This document shows positions 12,463 through 23,780 of a stretch of 64,000 nucleotides of DNA, piece after piece. Source of the DNA: Mobula hypostoma (lineage: Eukaryota); NCBI RefSeq assembly GCF_963921235.1, contig NC_086108.1, positions 110,796,001-110,860,000 on the forward strand, read 5' to 3'. Under the pieces are notes generated by a model. It saw nothing but the letters and a program-made list of their open reading frames with translations. It searched no databases and was not told where the DNA came from. The first letter of the stretch is position 1. The number at the start of each line of letters is the position of its first letter. Position numbers and translations under genes: made by a program.

Positions 12463-14489
12463 TAGGCATCTGTTAGTCTCGTGAGACCATGCATTTGCGC
12501 CTTGGAAGGTTTCCAGGGCGCAGGCCTGGGCAAGGTTTTACGGAAGACCAGCAGTTGCCTGTGCTGCAAGTCTCCCCTTTCCACGCCACCGATGTTGTCC
12601 AAGGGAAGGGCATTAGGACCCGTACAGCTTGGCATCAGTGTCATAGAAACATAGAAACATAGAAAATAGGTGCAGGAGTAGGCCATTCGGTCCTTCGAGC
12701 CTGCACCGCCATTTATTATGATCATGGCTGATCCTCCAACTCAGAACCCCGCCCCAGCCTTCCCTCCATACCCCCTGACCCCCGTAGCCACAAGGGCCAT
12801 ATCTAACTTCCTCTTAAATATAGCCAATGAACCGGCCTCAACTGTTTCCTGTGGCAGAGAATTCCACAGATTCACCACTCTCTGTGTGAAGAAGTTTTTC
12901 CCCATCTCGGTCCTAAAAGGCTTCCCCTCTATCTTCAAACTGTGGCCCCTCGTTCTGGACTTCCCCAACATCGGGAACAATCTTCCTGCATCTAGCCTGT
13001 CCAATCCCTTTAGGATCTTATATGTTTCAATCAGATCCCCCCTCAATCTTCTAAATTCCAATGAGTACAAGCCCAGTTCATCCAGTCTTTCTTGATATGA
13101 AAGTCCTGCCATCCCAGGAATCAATCTGGTGAACCTTCTTTGTACTCCCTCTATGGCAAGGATGTCTTTCCTCAGATTAGGGGACCAAAACTGCACACAA
13201 TACTCCAGGTGTGGTCTCACCAAGGCCTTGTACAACTGCAGTAGTACCTCCCTGCTCCTGTACTCGAATCCTCTCGCTATAAATGCCAGCATACCATTCG
13301 CCTTTTTCACCGCCTGCTGTACCTGCATGCCCACTTTCAATGACTGGTGTATAACGACACCCAGGTCTTGTTGCACCTCCCCTTTTCCTAATCGGCCACC
13401 ATTCAGATAATAATCTGTTTTCCTATTTTTGCCACCAAAGTGGATAACTTCACATTTATCCACATTAAATTGCATCTGCCATGAATTTGCCCACTCACCC
13501 AACCCATCCAAGTCACCCTGCATCCTCTTAGCATCCTCCTCACAGCTAACACTGCCACCCAGCTTCGTGTCATCCGCAAACTTGGAGATGCTGCATTTAA
13601 TTCCCTCATCCAAGTCATTAATATATATTGTAAACAACTGGGGTTCCAGCACTGAGCTTTGCGGTACCCCACTAGTCACCGCCTGCCATTCTGTAAAGGT
13701 CCCGTTTATTCCCACTCTTTGCTTCCTGTCTGCTAACCAATTCTCCACCCACACCAATACCTTACCCCCAATACCATGTGCTTTAAGTTTGCACACTAAT
13801 CTCCTGTGTGGGACCTTGTCAAAAGCCTTTTGAAAATCCAAATATACCACATCCACTGGTTCTCCCCTATCCACTCTACTAGTTACATCCTCAAAAAATT
13901 CTATGAGATTCGTCAGACATGATTTTCCTTTCACAAATCCATGCTGACTTTGTCCGATCATTTCACCGCTTTCCAAATGTGCTGTTATCACATCCTTGAT
14001 AACTGACTCCAGCAGTTTCCCCACCACCGACGTTAGGCTAACCGGTCTATAATTCCCCGGTTTCTCTCTCCCTCCTTTTTTAAAAAGTGGAGTTACATTA
14101 GCCACCCTCCAATCCTCAGGAACTAGTCCAGAATCTAACGAGTTTTGAAAAATTATCACTAATGCATCCACTATTTCTTGGGCTACTTCCTTAAGCACTC
14201 TAGGATGCAGACCATCTGGCCCTGGGGATTTATCTGCCTTCAATCCCTTCAATTTACCTAACACCACTTCCCTACTAACATGTATTTCGCTCAGTTCCTC
14301 CATCTCACTGGACCCTCTGTCCCTTACTATTTCTGGAAGATTATTTATGTCCTCCTTAGTGTCGTCACAGAGCAATGTGTGGTTAAGTGCCTTGCTCAAG
14401 GACACACACGCTGCCTCAGCCAAGGCTCGAACTAGCGACCTTTGAATCACTAGACAAACGCCTTAACCACTTGGCCACGCGCCAACACT
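12463..14489 (-). mobile_element. tRNA-headed SINE with CORE-like box and RTE-like body, split by a CR1 insertion
   Basis: Minus strand: A box tggccaagtgg, B box gttcgagcc, then tgtgtccttgagcaaggcacttaacc; the two halves rejoin at the agtgtc duplication. Confidence 0.75.
12643..14357 (-). mobile_element. Young 5'-truncated CR1 LINE with an open RT region
   Basis: ORF 12741..14450 uninterrupted through the RT domain (its first ~30 aa come from the SINE); (tttctatg)n tail; TSD agtgtc at 12637-12642 and 14358-14363. Confidence 0.96.
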
Positions 14490-16305
14490 TAACCCCCTTT
14501 ATTATGTTGTTTAACATCTGTTTGTCGTTCAGTGTAATTTTTGTGCAATAAAACTCTTATGGTGTATATTAGAATCCCTTTTTATAAAACAAAATATAAA
14601 TACATTTTTGATGTTGTGAGATAAGGGCGGTTAATCTATAATAAAACAAAAAGAGAAAACTGCAGGGTTATAGAAATATCAGGTTGCACTAACATTGAAA
14701 GAACATCTATGTCAATATTGTAAATTGTTAAATTAGAGTAGAAATGGCCAGTTCTAACATGTTTTGGCCTCAGCTTGAAGAATATGATATTGAATCCAGA
14801 AGGTTCCCACAGCTAATGAATCTATTTGCTGAAGCAGAGTCATTTACAAACCAGAGCTAATTTGTACCCACAAAGCCTGGAAAGAGCATACAAGTGATCA
14901 GCTTTTTGAGACCAGGCAGAATTCTATGCTCTTCTTTCAACAGATCTCTAACATCTGCCTTAACATTTTTGATAAGATCTCAATTAAATATATCACAATA
15001 AAGGGCCCATGATTTTGGACTGAACTATCTTGCTAAATTATTTCTTCTTTGCTAAAGTTTTCTTCTTTGGTTGGGAATTGTCAAAATAAGGCTTCCACTG
15101 GTAAGTTAATAGTAGATGAAATTTTAACTGACATTTGTTTGTTTTGTCATTTTGATCTGTTGCATATTCAATGGTGTATATTGATATTTGAATACTGAAA
15201 AAAAATCATTAAAATATATACACTGCCAACGAGTCTAACATTGGTTGACTATGACCACTAAATTAGATAGTTAAAAGTTCAAATCTATTAAAAATACAAA
15301 CTAAAGCTTTATTTCCCATCAAAATATGCACTGTAATGACAAAATACTTCTGACCTTGACAGACAATGGTTTTAGTTTCCTATGAACTCTGATAAAATAT
15401 CTATCTAACTAGAAGCAACTCTTACAATTAAAAACACATCCATAGAGTCTACTGTTTATCAAAATTCCATAAGAGATCACAGTTTTTAAGGCAGGAGCTG
15501 GAGAAATGTTAAAACATCCACATGAAACCTGAACACAGGCTGCTCAGCTAAACTAGGCGTTGTCTAATTAAAAACAATGCTTACAAAACATCTACCAAGG
15601 CTGGAATAAGCAGCAATTCAAATTTCAAGCAGATTATGGAGATCATTACTTTTCAACCGCCCATAAGACAGAACTCTTATTAACACTGACAAAACATTTA
15701 CTCAACCATCTACACACTTGCTTTTACATCAGTAAGACATTCACAGAAATCTCAACAACTCTGAAAAAAGTAACACTTGAAATTTGAAGCACCTTCTTGT
15801 AGTCTCATATGAATAGGTGAAGCCACGGGAAAGTGGAGGTCACTCTGTTCTTGTTGCTGGCCTACTGGAGATTCTGGCGGGATATTCTCTGCTATAAAAC
15901 TTTGTGCTGCCTGTCTTTTCTTATCAGCAGTCCTTTTGTTTCTTTGATTAACTCTCCACTGTCGTCTTTTCAGTCTGTTTGCACTTCGATAATTGTGAGG
16001 TGATTTTAAGTTTTCCTGTCCCCCTTCGTTTTTTTGTATCTCTTTCTCTTTCAAGGTACTACTGATTTGGTCTTTAATTGTGCCTTTGTATTTTTTTTTA
16101 ATCGGACTGCTGATGATCTTGGGACCATCTTGACAATTTCACCGCCATTTGTGTGATGGTAATGACATTTCACACTTTTTAAAGAAAATGTTGGCTAAGT
16201 CTTGCACTTGCTAACTCACCCAGATAGCTAGCTTCTAAATATACTTTAAATATACAGAATTAAAGTGAAGTTATTTATTTCTCAGTTAAAACACTCAATA
16301 GTAAT

Positions 16306-19300
16306 ATAGAAACATAGAAACATAGAAAATAGGTGCAGGAGTAGGCCATTCGGCCCTTCGAGCCTGCACCGCCATTCATTATGATCATGGCTGATCATCC
16401 AATTCAGAACCCAGCCTTCCCTCCATACCCCCTGACCCCTGTAGCCACAAGGGCCATATCTAACTTCCTTTTAAACATAGCTAATGAACTGGCCTCAACA
16501 GTTTGCTGTGGCAGAGAATTCCACAGATTCACCACTCTCTGTGTGAAGAAGTTTTTCCTAACCTCGGTCCTAAAAGGCTTCCCCTCTATCCTCAAACTGT
16601 GACCCCTCGTTCTAGACCTCCCCAACATCGGGAACAATCTTCCCGCATCTAGCCTGTCCAATCCCTTTAGGATCTTATACGTTTCAATCAGATCCCCCCT
16701 CAATCTTCTAAATTCCAACGAGTACAAGCCCAGTTCATCCAGTCTTTCTTCATATGAAAGACCTGCCATCCCAGGAATCAATCTGGTGAACCTTCTTTGT
16801 ACTCCCTCTATGGCAAAGATGTCTTTCCTCAGATTAGGGGACCAAAACTGCACACAATACTCCAGGTGTGGTCTCACCAAGGCCTTGTACAACTGCAGTA
16901 GTACCTCCCTGCTCCTGTACTCGAATCCTCTCGCTATAAATGCCAGCATACCGTTCGCCTTTTTCACCGCCTGCTGTACCTGCATGCCCACTTTCAATGA
17001 CTGGTGTATAATGACACCCAGGTCTCGTTGCACCTCCCCTTTTCCTAATCGGCCACCATTCAGATAATAATCTGTTTTCCTATTTTTGCCACCAAAATGG
17101 ATAACTTCACATTTATCCACATTAAATTGCATCTGCCATGAGTTTGCCCACTCACCCAACCTATCCAAGTCACCCTGCATCCTCTTAGCATCTTCCTCAC
17201 TGCTAACACTGCCACCCAGCTTTGTGTCATCTGCAAACTTGGAGATGCTGCATTTAATTCCCTCATCCAAGTCATTAATATATATTGTAAACAACTGGAG
17301 TCCCAGCACTGAGCCTTGCGGTACCCCACTAGTCACCGCCTGCCATTCTGAAAAGGTCCCGTTTATTCCCACTCTTTGCTTCCTGTCTGCTAACCAATTC
17401 TCCACCCACACCAATACCTTACCCCCAATACCGTGTGCTTTAAGTTTGCACACTAATCTCCTGTGTGGGACCTTGTCAAAATCCTTTTGAAAATCCAAAT
17501 ATACCACATCCACTGGTTCTCCCCTATCCACTCTACTAGTTACATCCTCAAAAAATTCTATGAGATTCGTCAGACATGATTTTCCTTTCACAAATCCATG
17601 CTGACTTTGTCCAATCATTTCACCGCTTTCCAAATGTGCTGTTATCACATCCTTGATAACTGACTCCAGCAGTTTCCCCACCACCGACGTTAGGCTAACC
17701 GGCCTATAATTCCCCGGTTTCTCTCTCCCTCCTTTTTTAAAAAGTGGGGTTACATTAGCCACCCTCCAATCCTCAGGAACTAGTCCAGAATCTAATGAGT
17801 TTTGAAAAATTATCACTAATGCATCCACTATTTCTTGGGCCACTTCCTTAAGCACTCTGGGATGCAGACCATCTGGCCCTGGGGATTTATCTGCCTTCAA
17901 TCCCTTCAATTTACCTAACACCACTTCCCTACTAACATGTATTTCGCTCAGTTCCTCCATCTCACTGGACCCTCTGTCCCTTACTATTTCTGGAAGATTA
18001 TTTATGTCCTCCTTAGTGAAGACAGAACCAAAGTAATTATTCAATTGGTCTGCCATGTCCTTGCTCCCCATAATCAATTCACCTGTTTCTGTTTGCAGGG
18101 GACCTACTTTTGTCTTTACCAGTCTTTTCCTTTTTACATATCTATAAAAGCTTTTACAGTCTGTTTTTATGTTCTCTGCCAGTTTTCTCTCATAATCTTT
18201 TTTCCCCTTCCTAATTAAGCCCTTTGTCCTCCTCTGCTGAACTCTGAATTTCTCCCAGTCCTCAGTTGAGCCACTTTCTCTGGCTAATTTGTATGCTACT
18301 TCTTTGGAATTGATACTATCCCTAATTTCTCTTGTCAGCCACGGGTGCACTACCTTCCTTGATTTATTCTTTTGCCAAACTGGGATGAACAATTGTTGTA
18401 GTTCATCCATGCAACCTTTAAATGCCTGCCATTGCATATCCACCGTCAATCCTTGAAGTGTCATTTGCCAGTCTATCTTAGCTAATTCACGTCTCATACC
18501 TTCAAAGTTACCCCTCTTTAAGTTCAGAACCTTTGTTTCTGAATTAACTACGTCACTCTCCATGTTAATGAAGAATTCCACCATATTATGGTCACTCTTA
18601 CCCAAGGGGCCTCTCACGACAAGATCGCTAATTAACCCTTCCTCATTGCTCAAAACCCAGTCCAGAATAGCCTGCTCTCTAGTCGGTTCCTCGACATGTT
18701 GGTTCAAAAAACCATCCCGCATACATTCCAAGAAATCCTCTTCCTCAGCACCTTTACCAATTTAGTTCACCCAGTCTACATGTAGATTGAAGTCACCCAT
18801 TATAACTGCTGTTCCTTTATTGCACACATTTCTAATTTCCTGTTTAATACCATCTCCGACCTCACTACTACTGTTAGGTGGCCTGTACACAACTCCCACC
18901 AGCGTCTTCTGCCCCTTAGTGTTACGCAGCTCTACCCATATCGATTCCACATCTTCCCGGCTTATGTCCTTCCTTTCTATTGCGTTAATCTCTTTTTTAA
19001 CCAGCAACGCCACCCCACCTCCCCTTCCTTCATGTCTATCCCTCCTGAATATTGAATATCCCTGAACGTTCAGCTCCCATCCCTGGTCACCCTGGAGCCA
19101 TGTCTCTGTGATCCCAACTATATCATAATCATTAATAACAATCTGCACTTTCAATTCATCCACCTTATTACGAATGCTCCTTGCATTGACACATAAAGCC
19201 TTCAGGTGCTCTTTTACAACTCTCTTAGCCCTTTTTAATGCTTGCCCTGGATTTGTCGGCCTGCCAGTTTTACTTTTCCCCTTTGTACTTTTTGCTTCTA

Positions 19301-19620
19301 CGCTCACTTTACACCCCTCTGTCTCTCTGCACTGGTTCCCATCCCTCTGTTGTGAACTAACCTCCTCACACCTAGCCGCTTTAATTTGATTCCCACCCCC
19401 CAACCATTCTAGTTTAAAGTCACCTCAGTAGCCCCCGCTAATCTCCCTGCCAGGATATTGGTCCCCCTAGGATTTAAGTGTAACCCGTCCTTTTTGTACA
19501 GGTCACACCTGCGCCAAAAGAGGTCCCAATGATCCAAAAACTTGAATCCCTGCCCCCTGCTCCAATCCCTCAGCCACGCATTTATCCTCCACCTCATCGC
19601 ATTCCTACTCTCACTGTCGC
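16306..19620 (-). mobile_element. Young CR1 LINE: 3' end of ORF1 plus full-length ORF2
   Basis: ORFs 19409..19642 (esterase end), 18762..19403 (APE), 16404..18731 (RT); (tttctatg)n tail; TSD gtaat at 16301-16305 and 19621-19625. Confidence 0.97.
16404..19403 (-). pseudogene. CR1 ORF2 (APE endonuclease plus reverse transcriptase) broken by one in-frame stop
   Basis: The two ORFs share a frame; the only interruption is TAA at 18762-18764 after GDFNLHVDWVN. Confidence 0.9.
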
Positions 19621-19802
19621 GTAATGAATTTGGTAATGACATGTAATAAACATACTCTCAGATCAGGAGAGGTATAAATCTTTAAATTACTCACATTTCT
19701 GGACCTCAAAATATCAGACTTCCGCCACGACAGCCGCATGCTCCCTCTGTCACTTCTCATTTCCATGGAAACCACATAAGCAATAGTTTGAAAAAACTTA
19801 GC

Positions 19803-20405
19803 GACACACACAAAATGCTGGAGGGACTCAGGAGGCTGGGCAGCATCTATGGAAAAAAAGTACAGTTGACGTTTCGGGTTGAGACCCTTCAGCAGGACTG
19901 GAGAAAAAAAGATGAGAAGTAGATGTAAAAGTTGGGGGGAGGGGAGGGAGAAACACAAGGTGATAGGTGAAGCCGGGAGGGGGAGGGATGAAGTAAATAG
20001 CTGGGAAGTTGATTAGTGAAAGAGATACAGGGCTGGAGAAGGGGGAGTCTGATAGGAGAGGACCAAAGGCTAGGGAAGAAAGAAAAGGAGGGAGGAGCAC
20101 CAGAGGGAGGCGATGGGCAGGCAAGGAGATAACGGTGAAGGGGCGGGGGGCCATTACTGGAAGTTCGAGAAATCAATGTTCATGCCATCAGGTTGGAGGC
20201 TGCCCAGATGGAATATAAAGTGTTGTTCCTCCAACCTGAGAGTGGCTTCATCTTGACAGTAGAGGAGGCCGTGGATAGACATAGCAGAATGGGAATGGCA
20301 AGTGGAATTAAAGAGGGCAGCTACTGGGAGATCCTGCTTCTGGTGGACGGAGCGTAAGTGCTCAGTGAAATGGTCTCCCAATCTACTTTGCGTCTCACCA
20401 ACCGA
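19803..20405 (-). mobile_element. Penelope-like element 3' fragment (GIY-YIG end plus hammerhead-bearing terminus)
   Basis: ORF 20154..20411 VGETQSRLGDHFTEHLRS..LEEQHFIFHLGSLQPDGMN; hammerhead-like motif at 19863-19900. Confidence 0.88.
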
Positions 20406-20614
20406 CAGCACCAGACAAAACTTGATTGGTTTCTAAAACCTGTTGCGTGTTGTTAAAATGACAGATGTGTTAAGACTGACTTTGTAATAAAAAATGTAGA
20501 AATTGTGTAAAAAAAACCCACATGAATTTGGCATGTATTTTTAAAAGTTCTTGTGAGAAAAATGAAACTAAAAGTTTCATTAATTTAGTACTTACTATGA
20601 CTCTATTTTGAGGA

Positions 20615-21906
20615 CAGATGATGGAATAGATGGCTCTGTTGCCAAGTTTGTAAATGTTGGAGGGGCAGGTAGTGTTGAGGAAACAGGTAGGCTGCAGAAC
20701 GACTTTAGACAGATTAGGAGAATGGGCAAGAGAGTGGCAAATGAAATACAATGTTGGAAAATGCATGGTCGTGCACTTTGGTAGTAGAAATAAATGTGTG
20801 GACTATTTTCTATATGGGGAGAAAATCCAAAAATCTGAGATGCAAAGGGACTTGAGAGTCCGAGCACAGAACACCCTAAAGGTTAACTTGCAGGTTGAGC
20901 TGGTGGTGAGGAAGGCAAATGCAATGTTAGCATTCATTTCAAGAGGACTAGAATACAAGAGCAGGGACGTGAAGCTGAGGCTTTATAAGGCTCTGGTGAG
21001 GCCTCACCTTGAGTATTGTGAACTGTTTTGGGCCCCTCATCTTAGAAAAGATGTGCTGGCATTGGAGAAGGTTCAGAGGTAGATTCAAGGATGATTAGAG
21101 GAATGAAAAGGTTGTCATACGAGGAATGTTTGATGGTTCTGGCCCTGTACTCGCTGGAATTCAGAAGGATGGTGGGGGATCTCATTGAAACATAGTGTGA
21201 TGTTCTGGGTGGGGGGTGTGGCTGACAACCCACCCCTGCATTTCTACTGACCAGTACTGTTTACTGTTCTTGTGTTAAAATGCTTTTGTGGGATTATGGT
21301 GGGAAGTTCCAGTTCATTTATTGTTACATTTTAGCTTGGGTTATAGTGTTATTTGCTTGTGTATTTGTGGGTCACCCTGACTAACAGGGGTGTGTGATGG
21401 TCACCTCCCCTGTTTCCATGAGGCTGGTTGGGTTCACTCTCTGGGTCATGGTGCCTGATCTGTTTTATGTCTACCACAATAAAACCGTTCTTGAGTGACA
21501 GAGCTTCCTCATCTGTTATTATGGACCAAATGCTCGCCGCAATATCATACATTGAAAGGCCTAGACAGAGTAGATAATGAAATGATGTTTCCCATGGTGG
21601 GGGAGTTTAGGACAAGAGCGCACAGCCTCAGGATAGAGAGACATCCATTTGAAACAGAGATGGAGAGAAATATCTTTAGCCAGAGGGGAGTAAAATTGTG
21701 GAATTTATTACCACAGGCAGCTGTGGAGGCCAGGTCGTTGGGTGTACTTAAGGCAGAGCTTGATAGATTCTTGATTGGACACAGCCTCAAAGATTGCGGG
21801 GCGAAGGCCGGGTAGTGGGGCTGAAGAGGACAAAAAAGATCAACCATGATTGAATGGTGGAGCAGTCTCAATGGGCCAAATGGCCTAATTCTGCTCCCAT
21901 GTCTTA
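20615..21906 (+). mobile_element. Decayed CR1 3' fragment interrupted by a solo LTR
   Basis: ORFs 20654..21082 (WQMKYNVGKC, LVRPHLEYC) and 21495..21815. Confidence 0.9.
21196..21549 (+). mobile_element. Solo LTR
   Basis: Ends tgtgatgtt...aatatcata (short inverted termini, TG...TA), internal AATAAA ~21478, 5-bp TSD catag/cattg, interrupts CR1 coding sequence. Confidence 0.7.
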
Positions 21907-22179
21907 CAGAGTCTGGGTAGGGGACAAGCCCAAATAGTGAAATTCTGGCACATTCAAGATTTCAACTCGCTTAAAAATTAAGGAAAATTATTTATGAAGC
22001 ACACTGAAAAAGTTTAGAGTTACTATTACCTAACTTTTAAAATACTTGTAACTTTTAAACTACAGTATTTGTTTTGAAAAATCTATTTCTTCCCGAAAAT
22101 CTACCCTAGGGGCAGAAAAAATACCCTAATTAAAGAATTATACGCACACGGCTCCTGTGAGGGACTTATTCTTTAACCT

Positions 22180-22651
22180 GAAGTGCATGGAGGCCGGCGG
22201 TATGAACGCATTCTCCTGTGAGCGGTGAATGAGTCAAGAAAGGCGAAATTATTGGGCCTGATGAAGTGCGTCGGCGAACCATCCATAAATATGCTGCCTG
22301 ATCTGCAGAATTCCTCCAGCATTTCGCGTGTGTTACTCCCGATCTCCAGCATCCGCAGGAACGCTTGTATTAACAGCTCAGTTTCTGATTGGTTGGGAAT
22401 TATTTCAATCACGGTCAACGCAATTTATTATTGGGCTAGATGGATATCAATCAATGATGGGCAGGCCAAAAACTGTGTAGGATTTGAGGGTGATTGGGTG
22501 CTGGTCCTGTCAATCAGAGCTGCTTCTGCTCTCTGATTGGATTAGGCTCCGATGTCGCTCTCAGCCGGTTGCTCGTCGGAGCGGCTCCCGGGAGAAGCGG
22601 TGAGCGTGGATCGGACACGGGCTGCTCTCGGCGTAATTCCTTCGAAAGTGC
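22180..22651 (+). promoter_or_regulatory. CpG-rich promoter/5'UTR with clustered inverted CCAAT (NF-Y) boxes, probably of SPATA1
   Basis: ATTGG at 22251, 22388, 22430, 22493 and 22536; CpG-dense non-repeat sequence at 22545-22730; extra donor-like site gcg|gtgagc at 22600. Confidence 0.7.
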
Positions 22652-22705
22652 ATGGAGGCCGGCGGCATGAACTGTTCAGGGAGCCGCAGAGCACCCAGTG
22701 CTGGG
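22652..22705 (+). CDS. SPATA1: Probable first coding exon of SPATA1 (MEAGGMNCSGSRRAPSAG)
   Basis: ATG in CpG-rich region, strong donor GGG|gtaagc in phase 0 matching the exon at 52321; the joined peptide RRAPSAG-VLELHVFYVP parallels the recalled mammalian N-terminus SRPSSSE-LVELHVFYVP. Confidence 0.62.
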
Positions 22706-22869
22706 GTAAGCCAATGCGTTCGGTGTCTTAGTCATAAGATCGTTTAAAACTTAGCAAGAATAGTTGAACTGGTCAACGGCAGCAATTTGCTAACTGAGGC
22801 AAATATCAGAATCAGGTTTGATATCACTGGCATATGTCGTGCGGTAGCTTCTGGATTGCTCAAAACCAC

Positions 22870-23420
22870 AAAAAAAAAACCCCAAAAGAAATTGCTTATA
22901 GACCTCTCGTCCGTCCAAGACTTGAATACTGTAGTGCCATTTGGGATCCCTACCAAACCATTCATATCAATAACCTCGAGAAAGTCCAGAGAAGAGCTGC
23001 CAGGTTTGTAACCAGTGATTACAAAAAGACCAGTAGTGTTACAGATATACTTCTCGACCTCAAATAGGATACCCTCCAAAGACGCCGCACAATTTACAAG
23101 GAAACTCCTTCATTAACTCCTTCCAACGTTAGGCACCTTTTGTGCAACGAGAATAACAGGTCAGCAACCCGACAAAACCAATCCCTGAATTACGAGACCA
23201 TTCAGACCAACAAGGACGGCTACCGCTACTCACTGTGCCCCGGGACCATTGCAGTTTGGGACACCCTGCCGTCCCGCCACACATTAAATCTGCCGCTGAT
23301 AGTAAAACTTACAAGTCGCTGCTTTTAAACACCGCAATTTAAATTACAACTGCATGCACGAAGGGCTGCACGTTTATAGCCCAGCGGCGCCGGTTGGTGC
23401 AGTATGGACAAGACAAGACA
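22870..23420 (+). mobile_element. 3' fragment of a divergent CR1/L2-group LINE
   Basis: ORF 22834..23067 AYRPLVRPRLEYCSAIWDPY..LEKVQRRAARFV; (gacaa)n tail ~23408-23420. Confidence 0.8.
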
Positions 23421-23460
23421 TAATTATAAAACAACCATAAATAACGATAAGAAGTGCATT

Positions 23461-23780
23461 GGTTGGAGATGGAGATACGTCTCTACTAAAGGAGGTGTAA
23501 GGCACTCCTTCCCTCCGCAAGCCTGCAGGTCACCCTTGGGCAAGGTGTAGCATTTGCTAAGGCATCCCCTTCCCCTGATCAGGGTCACGTGAAGCCATGG
23601 GAGCAGGTGGTGGATGGTTGTACGAGCAGCCGGTGCAGATCACAAGTCCTGGTTATGTGACCACTGACAACAGGCAGACAATCTCTGAAGGGTATTGATA
23701 ATGGCTGGGGTTACCCGTCTTGTAAAGGCACTGCCCAGAAGAAGGCAATGGCAAGCCACTTCTGGAGAAAAAAATTGCCG
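23461..23780 (+). mobile_element. Short non-autonomous repeat, RTE-related; inverted related copy at ~50730-50950
   Basis: Shared sequence caggcagacaatctctgaag..tattgataat..ctggg and actgcccagaagaaggcaatggcaa between the two loci. Confidence 0.55.

Larger units (their letters stand above)
12349..22154 (-). mobile_element. Decayed Sola2-like DNA transposon fragmented by nested retro-insertions
   Basis: GAG...CTC ends with shared inverted core attcttYaattaggg; flanks ctct/ctgt; minus-strand peptides RRQWRVNQRNKR..NIPPESP (15752..16054), DVRDLLKEEHRILPGLKK (~14900-14960) and FFKLRPKHV (14756-14782). Confidence 0.6.

Noticed and set aside
14420..14489. tRNA-like sequence with A and B boxes
   Set aside because: SINE head continuing into a SINE body; no complete cloverleaf evident
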